This document shows, one piece after another, positions 58,876 to 64,000 of a stretch of 64,000 bases of DNA. The notes below the pieces were generated by a model that worked only from the letters and a program-made list of their open reading frames with translations, was not told where the DNA came from and made no database searches. Origin of the DNA: Parcubacteria group bacterium (GTDB taxonomy: Bacteria; Patescibacteriota; Minisyncoccia; Moranbacterales; GCA-2747515); contig JBAZXC010000001.1 in the NCBI GenBank assembly GCA_041660065.1, positions 136,535 to 200,534 of the forward strand, in the 5' to 3' direction. Numbering within the stretch: position 1 is the stretch's first letter; each line of letters begins with the position of its first letter. The position numbers and the translations under genes are program-made.

Positions 58876-60609
58876 TTGTGTGATACAATGGGAAGACGTA
58901 TGCAGTGGAAAGTGAAGAAAAAAATTTCACCGCAGGGCAATGGTGTGCATGTACATCCGATCATCGATCAATTGCTTTTGCAGAGGGGTATCATCACCAA
59001 GGAATTGGCGGGTGCTTTTTTGACGCCAAATTATGATGTTGATCTGCATGACCCATTCTTATTCCGTGATATGCGTCGTGTAATTGAGCGCGTGCACAAA
59101 GCGATTACAGATGGTGACATGATCGGGATTTTCGGCGATCATGATGCGGATGGCGTGAGTAGTGCGGCACTTCTAGCTGAGGGATTGGAATCTCTTGGCG
59201 CGACTGTTTCGGTATATATCCCGGATAAGATCACAGAGGGTCATGGCATCACCGTCTCGGCGATCGATCAATTCATTGCACAAAATGTGCGTGTTGTGAT
59301 CAGTGTGGATTGTGGCACGTCAAGTCATGAAGCGGTGACATATGCTATGGAGAAGGGCATTGATGTGATCATCACCGATCATCATCATGCGCCGGATATA
59401 TTGCCACAGGCATATGCGATCATCAATCCGCAGATCAAAGGAGAGACATATCCTTTTCGAGATCTTTCAGGCACAGCTGTTGCTTTTAAAGTGGTGCAGG
59501 CATTATATACGGAGTATGCCCCGGAACGTCATATGCAACTCAAATGGTACTTGGATGTGGTGTGTGTAGGGACGATTGCCGATTGTGTGCCACTTATCGG
59601 AGAAAATCGTACGCTTGTCGCATACGGGCTTATCGTGTTGAATAAGACACGGCGCATCGGATATCAGGAGATGTGTGCTGTGGGACAATTCTGCAAAACC
59701 GGCAATGAACTTCGTGCGGATACGGTTGCGTTTCATATCGCACCACGCATCAATGCCGCAGGGCGCATGGTGCATGCAAAACACGCATATGAATTACTGC
59801 GTGAAACGCACAGAGGGCGGGCGCGAGACAAAGCAAAATTTATCGAAGACTTGAATGAAAAACGCAAAAAGATCACGGAACAACTTACCCGTCGCGTAGA
59901 AAAGATCGTAGAAAAAGACCATGCGGATCGATCATTTATCATCGTGTCCGGTGATGATTATCCTGTCGGGATCATCGGGATCATCGCGGGACGCATTGCC
60001 GAAAAATACAAAAAACCAACCGGCATTTTCACCCGTTTTGAAACAGAAAGTCGTGGCTCATTTCGCAGTGTAAACGGCGTGCATGTTGTGGATGTCTTGC
60101 ATGCATGCAGAGAACACATCGTGAAATTTGGAGGACATGAAAAAGCAGCCGGTGCGACGGTGCGTCATGAGGATTTCGATCTTTTTGCGCAAAAAGTCGA
60201 TGCGCATGTCGCCACGATGCAAAAAGAACTGCCAAAACCGCATATCGTCGCAGATATGGAGATTGCTTTGATCGATGCTGACATAGCGTTGGCGGAATTG
60301 ATCGCGACGCTGGAACCATTTGGCGAAGGTAATGCTGAGCCGATCTTTGTGGTGCGTCATGTCATTGTCGCAGATCTGCGCATGGTCGGGACAAAGGGAT
60401 CACACGTAAAAATGGTATGTACGGATCGTGAAGGTAGCGCGCATGTGGGCGCGATCGGTTTTTTCATGGATCAAAAATTTCGCGGTATCGCGCAAGGAGA
60501 TGTGATCGATATCATTGCGCATGTACAAATAAATGAATGGAATGGCAATGTTTCCGCACAATTGCAACTGATCGATGTGAAAAAAGTTATAGAAAAAACA
60601 AATAATTGA
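58876..60609 (+). CDS. recJ: Single-stranded-DNA-specific exonuclease RecJ
   Basis: DHH motifs (GDHDADGVSS; DHH at …ITDHHHAP…). DHHA1 domain (…GGHEKAAG…). C-terminal OB-like domain. Confidence 0.85.
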   Translation: MCDTMGRRMQWKVKKKISPQGNGVHVHPIIDQLLLQRGIITKELAGAFLTPNYDVDLHDPFLFRDMRRVIERVHKAITDGDMIGIFGDHDADGVSSAALLAEGLESLGATVSVYIPDKITEGHGITVSAIDQFIAQNVRVVISVDCGTSSHEAVTYAMEKGIDVIITDHHHAPDILPQAYAIINPQIKGETYPFRDLSGTAVAFKVVQALYTEYAPERHMQLKWYLDVVCVGTIADCVPLIGENRTLVAYGLIVLNKTRRIGYQEMCAVGQFCKTGNELRADTVAFHIAPRINAAGRMVHAKHAYELLRETHRGRARDKAKFIEDLNEKRKKITEQLTRRVEKIVEKDHADRSFIIVSGDDYPVGIIGIIAGRIAEKYKKPTGIFTRFETESRGSFRSVNGVHVVDVLHACREHIVKFGGHEKAAGATVRHEDFDLFAQKVDAHVATMQKELPKPHIVADMEIALIDADIALAELIATLEPFGEGNAEPIFVVRHVIVADLRMVGTKGSHVKMVCTDREGSAHVGAIGFFMDQKFRGIAQGDVIDIIAHVQINEWNGNVSAQLQLIDVKKVIEKTNN

Positions 60610-60707
60610 CAGTCTGCTATCTGTGCGGGAAAATGGGGTTAAATCAGGTCGTTCTTTGAATTGCATAAGGTACTTTCATTTTGAAAAAAGAGGAGGCTCT
60701 TATTATT

Positions 60708-61127
60708 ATGTGCAGTGAATACAAAACCACTACCGATGAATGTTCTTTTATTTTGAAACCATCACGGTTCAATGGTTGCGGTGTCGGCGTTTTTACAACA
60801 CACAAAATTGCCAAAGGAACGTATCTGCGTCTTTTTGGCGACAGGGAGACATGGTTGGACAATATTGTATTACGACAGATCAGCGCGGTTCCGCATATTT
60901 TTCAAGATTATTGCGTCAAAATGGGGGATGATATTTTTGCGCCAAAAGACTTTGGCTGCATGCCCGTCGGTTGGTATATGAATCATGACGCATCCAATCC
61001 GACCGCAAAGCATAAGGATTTCGAGTATTTCGCAATGCGAGATCTCGCAGAGAATGAGGAAATCACCACGGATTACAACTCCTTGGAAGAAGATAAGAGC
61101 GCCATTGCTCCGTATTACAAACAATAA
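60708..61127 (+). CDS. SET-domain protein (putative protein-lysine methyltransferase)
   Basis: GAGGAGG RBS at 60690-60696. …GCGVGVFTTHKIAKGTYL…GWYMNHDASNPTAK…RDLAENEEITTDY… are the SET-domain signatures (NH.C.PN, ..I..GEEIT.DY). Confidence 0.7.
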   Translation: MCSEYKTTTDECSFILKPSRFNGCGVGVFTTHKIAKGTYLRLFGDRETWLDNIVLRQISAVPHIFQDYCVKMGDDIFAPKDFGCMPVGWYMNHDASNPTAKHKDFEYFAMRDLAENEEITTDYNSLEEDKSAIAPYYKQ

Positions 61128-61369
61128 AAAAGAAACCGCATCATGCGCGCATGATGTGGTTGTTTTTATGACTTTTCATATAGCGCGAAATATTTGGTTT
61201 CGTGAAACGTGTATTATAGGTATTTAAAAAATCGATCTGTTGTCTTTGATAAAATATTTTTTAAACGAATTTGTGGTATAATGGTATTAGTTCTTTTTTA
61301 AAGAGGAGTATACAAAGACAAAGCGTGAAAGAGGAGAAAAATTTTCAAAAAAACAAAAAGGAGAGAGAC

Positions 61370-61909
61370 ATGACGAAAAAAAACGTAATCCAGCGTGTAA
61401 ATTATAATGAACATCCGTGGGCGCTGGATGAGATCGTGACTTTGCAAGGATTTATGCCGGAATATCTAAGAGAAGATCCTTTTCGTATAAAAGAAAATTT
61501 GGAGGGCGAACGGAATATCAATATGCTTTTGACCGGAGCCGACGGCACTGTTTTGTGCTACATTTTTGCGTCCCCGCAGAATGGTCGCATTGTTGAAGAT
61601 TTTGCTGACGAAGTTCCGTGTGTAGACATTGATACAAATCGCTATTATATTGATCAAATAGTCGTAAAAGAGGGATGTCGCAAGGGCTTTCTTTTTGCCG
61701 ATTTGCTATTTGCTACTTTTCGTGAAGCAAACTTTATGGGTTTTTTTGATTTTTCCGCACATGCACTATGCAGTAATCGCTTCGATCGCATTATCGAAAG
61801 AGTGTTGCGGGATCGTCTTACAAAAAAGATCCCTACTGTCCTCGAGCGTTATGGTGGTGAAAGATACATGTACATGGAAGCACATGTTGATTTATTATCC
61901 TCATCGTAA
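61370..61909 (+). CDS. GNAT-like acetyltransferase-fold protein (tentative)
   Basis: AAAGGAGAGAGAC RBS. …YYIDQIVVKEGCRKGFLFADLL… resembles GNAT motif A. The track ORF starts at 61271. Confidence 0.35.
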   Translation: MTKKNVIQRVNYNEHPWALDEIVTLQGFMPEYLREDPFRIKENLEGERNINMLLTGADGTVLCYIFASPQNGRIVEDFADEVPCVDIDTNRYYIDQIVVKEGCRKGFLFADLLFATFREANFMGFFDFSAHALCSNRFDRIIERVLRDRLTKKIPTVLERYGGERYMYMEAHVDLLSSS

Positions 61910-62012
61910 GTGTCTATCTCAAAGACCGATACAACGTTTATCGGTCTTTGTTTATCTGTTTTTGCATTTTGTGATAGAATGCACATAGTGTTTATTAGTA
62001 GCAAATTTATTA

Positions 62013-63635
62013 TTGACGATTATGTGTGATTTTGGCATTTCTCTGGCACTGATCTATTATGCGCATATACCGGTCTTGATCATCTGCTTTCTTTTTGGAT
62101 TGTTTGTTTTGTTTTCCAATCCTACACATCCGGTCAATCGCAACCTTTTTGCGTTCATTTTATTTTTTTTCGTTTGGACATTCAATGATCTCTTGCAATG
62201 GCTTATTACAGACCCTGTGCGCAATCTACTTTTGGCGAGATTGGCAATTCTTGAGGCATTGTCAATCGTTTTTTTACTCTTCTTTACTTATGCTTTTACA
62301 GGAGTTGTGATTTCTTTGCGCAAAAAGATCCTGCTTTTTGTGCCAGCTTTACCGATGATCATTTTGATTTTTAGTGACTACAATGCATTCCTTGTTGATG
62401 AGGAACATTGCAATGTTCAGTTTGGCGAACTCTATTGGTACTTGTATCTTTTTGTGTTGGGGTATTTCCTATACTCAGCATATATACTGGTTCAAAGGTT
62501 TCGTGACAAAAATACAAGTCAAGAAATAAAAAATCAGATAAAAATTATTATCAGTGCTTTTGGCTTTTTTGTCTTTCTGGCTATTGGGCTCATGTTTAGC
62601 GCTTGGTTTTTTGTGGTGAACGATTACGCAATCGGTGATAATATTCTCCTGTTCTTTCCTTTTTGCATGGTGGCATTTATCGGGATTACCATATATGCCA
62701 TCACAAAATATCAATTTCTCAATTTGCGATCGGTGGTTGCACGTATGTTGATCTATACGACATGGATCCTTATCGCTACCCAATATTTTTTCGTATATTC
62801 TACGATCAACGTGATTCTTGTTACGTTTACATTGCTTCTGTCCATTATTTTTGGTGGCATGTTGTTATATTCCGTCAAAATGGAGATACAACGGAAAAAA
62901 GAACTTGAGGTGGCAAATGAACAATTGCGAGAATTGGACAAGAAGAAATCGGAATTTATCTCAATGGCATCGCATCAATTGCGCACACCGCTTACAACGA
63001 TGAAAGGTTTTATTGGTGTCATTCAAAAAGGCGCCTACGGGGAAATTCCTCTAAATTTCAAAGAGCCTATTGATGTGATGGAAAATGCCAACAACCGATT
63101 GATCGCTCTCGTGGAAGACATGTTGGATGTATCACGCATGGAATTGGGAAAGGCGGAGTTTAATTTTGAAAAGCACAATATCAATGACATAGTTAAGGAG
63201 TTGCATGCATCATTCAGTCTCATCGCAAAACAAAAAAATATTTCTCTGCGCATTAAATTGGATCCTGCCATGCCTGAGATCATGTTGGATGAAGCAAAAA
63301 TGCGGGAAACTCTTTCAAACATTATCGACAATGCATTGAAATATACACAAGAAGGTTCGGTGACGATATGCACAAAATATGAAGGGAATGATGTAAAAGT
63401 CCTTGTCACGGATACCGGGATTGGTATTATGCCGGAAGAAAAACACACGCTATTTGAAAAATTTTCACGCGGTCAGAAAGCAAAGGAGATCAAAAAAGAA
63501 GGATTGGGGCTGGGATTATATATGGGACGAAAGATCGTTGAAGCGCATGGCGGTACGATCCATGCATTGCCACATGAGGGTGATAAGGGCATGACGTTTG
63601 TTGTGGAATTGCCGATCACACCCATAAAAAAATAG
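62013..63635 (+). CDS. Sensor histidine kinase with polytopic membrane N-terminus
   Basis: About 7 TM helices. HisKA: …FISMASHQLRTPLTTMKGFIG…. HATPase_c: …IIDNALKYT…VTDTGIGI…GLGLGLYMGRKIVEAHGG…. Confidence 0.85.
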   Translation: MTIMCDFGISLALIYYAHIPVLIICFLFGLFVLFSNPTHPVNRNLFAFILFFFVWTFNDLLQWLITDPVRNLLLARLAILEALSIVFLLFFTYAFTGVVISLRKKILLFVPALPMIILIFSDYNAFLVDEEHCNVQFGELYWYLYLFVLGYFLYSAYILVQRFRDKNTSQEIKNQIKIIISAFGFFVFLAIGLMFSAWFFVVNDYAIGDNILLFFPFCMVAFIGITIYAITKYQFLNLRSVVARMLIYTTWILIATQYFFVYSTINVILVTFTLLLSIIFGGMLLYSVKMEIQRKKELEVANEQLRELDKKKSEFISMASHQLRTPLTTMKGFIGVIQKGAYGEIPLNFKEPIDVMENANNRLIALVEDMLDVSRMELGKAEFNFEKHNINDIVKELHASFSLIAKQKNISLRIKLDPAMPEIMLDEAKMRETLSNIIDNALKYTQEGSVTICTKYEGNDVKVLVTDTGIGIMPEEKHTLFEKFSRGQKAKEIKKEGLGLGLYMGRKIVEAHGGTIHALPHEGDKGMTFVVELPITPIKK

Positions 63636-63655
63636 CACAAGGGTGCTATTTTTTA
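63622..63655. terminator. Bidirectional terminator between convergent histidine kinase and response regulator genes
   Basis: AAAAAATAGCAC-aagg-GTGCTATTTTTT. Confidence 0.6.
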
Positions 63656-63678
63656 TGGATCTAAATATAGGATGTATT

Positions 63679-64000
63679 TTAATTTAACCTATAGCCGATT
63701 CCGCGGATCGTTTCGATATAGTGCTCCGTATCCTCGGCATTTAATTTTTGTCGCAGTCTGCGAACATGGACTTCAACAGTGTTGGTAAAAGGATCAGCAT
63801 TGGTATCCCATACATGTTCGAGGATCATGCTTCGCGTGAGAATTGCGCCGATATTACGCATGAAATATTCGAGAAGAGCCAGTTCTTTTTTACGCAGATC
63901 AAGAGATTTCTCGGATCGTTTTGCGATAAATTTGTCGAGATCGATCTCCAGATCTCTGTGCGTGAGTACAGTGCCACTGCTATGCGGATGGTCGCGCAAA
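63679..64000 (-). CDS. OmpR-family response regulator, C-terminal winged-helix part (3' partial in window; gene continues beyond window end)
   Basis: …LTHRDLEIDLDKFIAKRSEKSLDLRKKELALLEYFMRNIGAILTRSMILEHVWD…TNTVEVHVRRLRQKL…IETIRGIGYRLN is the Trans_reg_C signature. The reading frame is open to base 64000. Confidence 0.85.
   Translation of the reverse strand, partial: LRDHPHSSGTVLTHRDLEIDLDKFIAKRSEKSLDLRKKELALLEYFMRNIGAILTRSMILEHVWDTNADPFTNTVEVHVRRLRQKLNAEDTEHYIETIRGIGYRLN

Noticed and set aside
1-64000. Search for CRISPR arrays, tRNA genes and rRNA
   Set aside because: I found no regularly spaced direct repeats, no GTTCRANYC T-loop plus acceptor-stem arrangement, and no rRNA signature blocks. 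Island boundaries in particular lack a tRNA. A tRNA-scan tool should still be run.

Overview
This 64-kb bacterial window is mostly conserved chromosome with standard genetic code. ATG, GTG and TTG starts occur, and several genes lack a recognisable Shine-Dalgarno motif. The gene set is compatible with an uncultivated small-genome lineage, but that is a guess.

Part 1 - what is here, in order:
- 5' end of dnaE (minus strand, runs off the window), then rnhB.
- Single-chain purL, carrying an apparent frameshift near base 2463.
- A partial str operon (rpsL-rpsG-fusA) interrupted by a membrane-protein gene and not followed by tuf.
- A cold-shock protein gene, then an envelope/stress block: RDD protein, FtsB-like protein, PpiC-type PPIase, HtrA, ClpB, a membrane protein, and a catalytically dead HtrA paralog.
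- A DUF1294 gene, then an ECF-sigma/putative anti-sigma/lipoprotein/surface-protein cluster with two SdrD-B-domain paralogs.
- RNase P RNA (rnpB), which the ORF track covers with two spurious ORFs.
- A cell-surface polysaccharide locus: priming sugar transferase, three GT4 glycosyltransferases, a Wzz-like protein, a DUF4012 protein, and MurJ.
- An AEC transporter gene and leuS, which carries a Nudix domain inserted at the end of its editing domain.
- aspS behind a T-box leader, obg, a metallophosphoesterase, an SPFH protein, an MGMT-family protein, an ADP-forming acyl-CoA synthetase, a receiver-domain protein, recJ, a SET-domain protein, a GNAT-like protein, a sensor histidine kinase, and the 3' part of a convergent OmpR-type response regulator.

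Part 2 - the accessory region. The stretch from about 41.4 to 49.8 kb, between leuS and the aspS T-box, is a markedly AT-rich island. It holds a PP-loop ATPase, a RhuM-family protein, a stand-alone Nudix hydrolase, a cupin remnant, several small or membrane ORFs, a GC-rich structured segment that looks like an unclassified ncRNA, two families of short repeats, and a 2.3-kb cassette. One repeat family is a shared promoter module and the other a shared 5' leader containing the start codon. The cassette is bounded by ~52-bp imperfect inverted repeats and carries a single 697-aa protein with a coiled coil and a C-terminal two-helix membrane anchor. That cassette and the LeuRS-Nudix fusion are the most novel-looking items.

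I recognised no tRNA, rRNA or CRISPR array.
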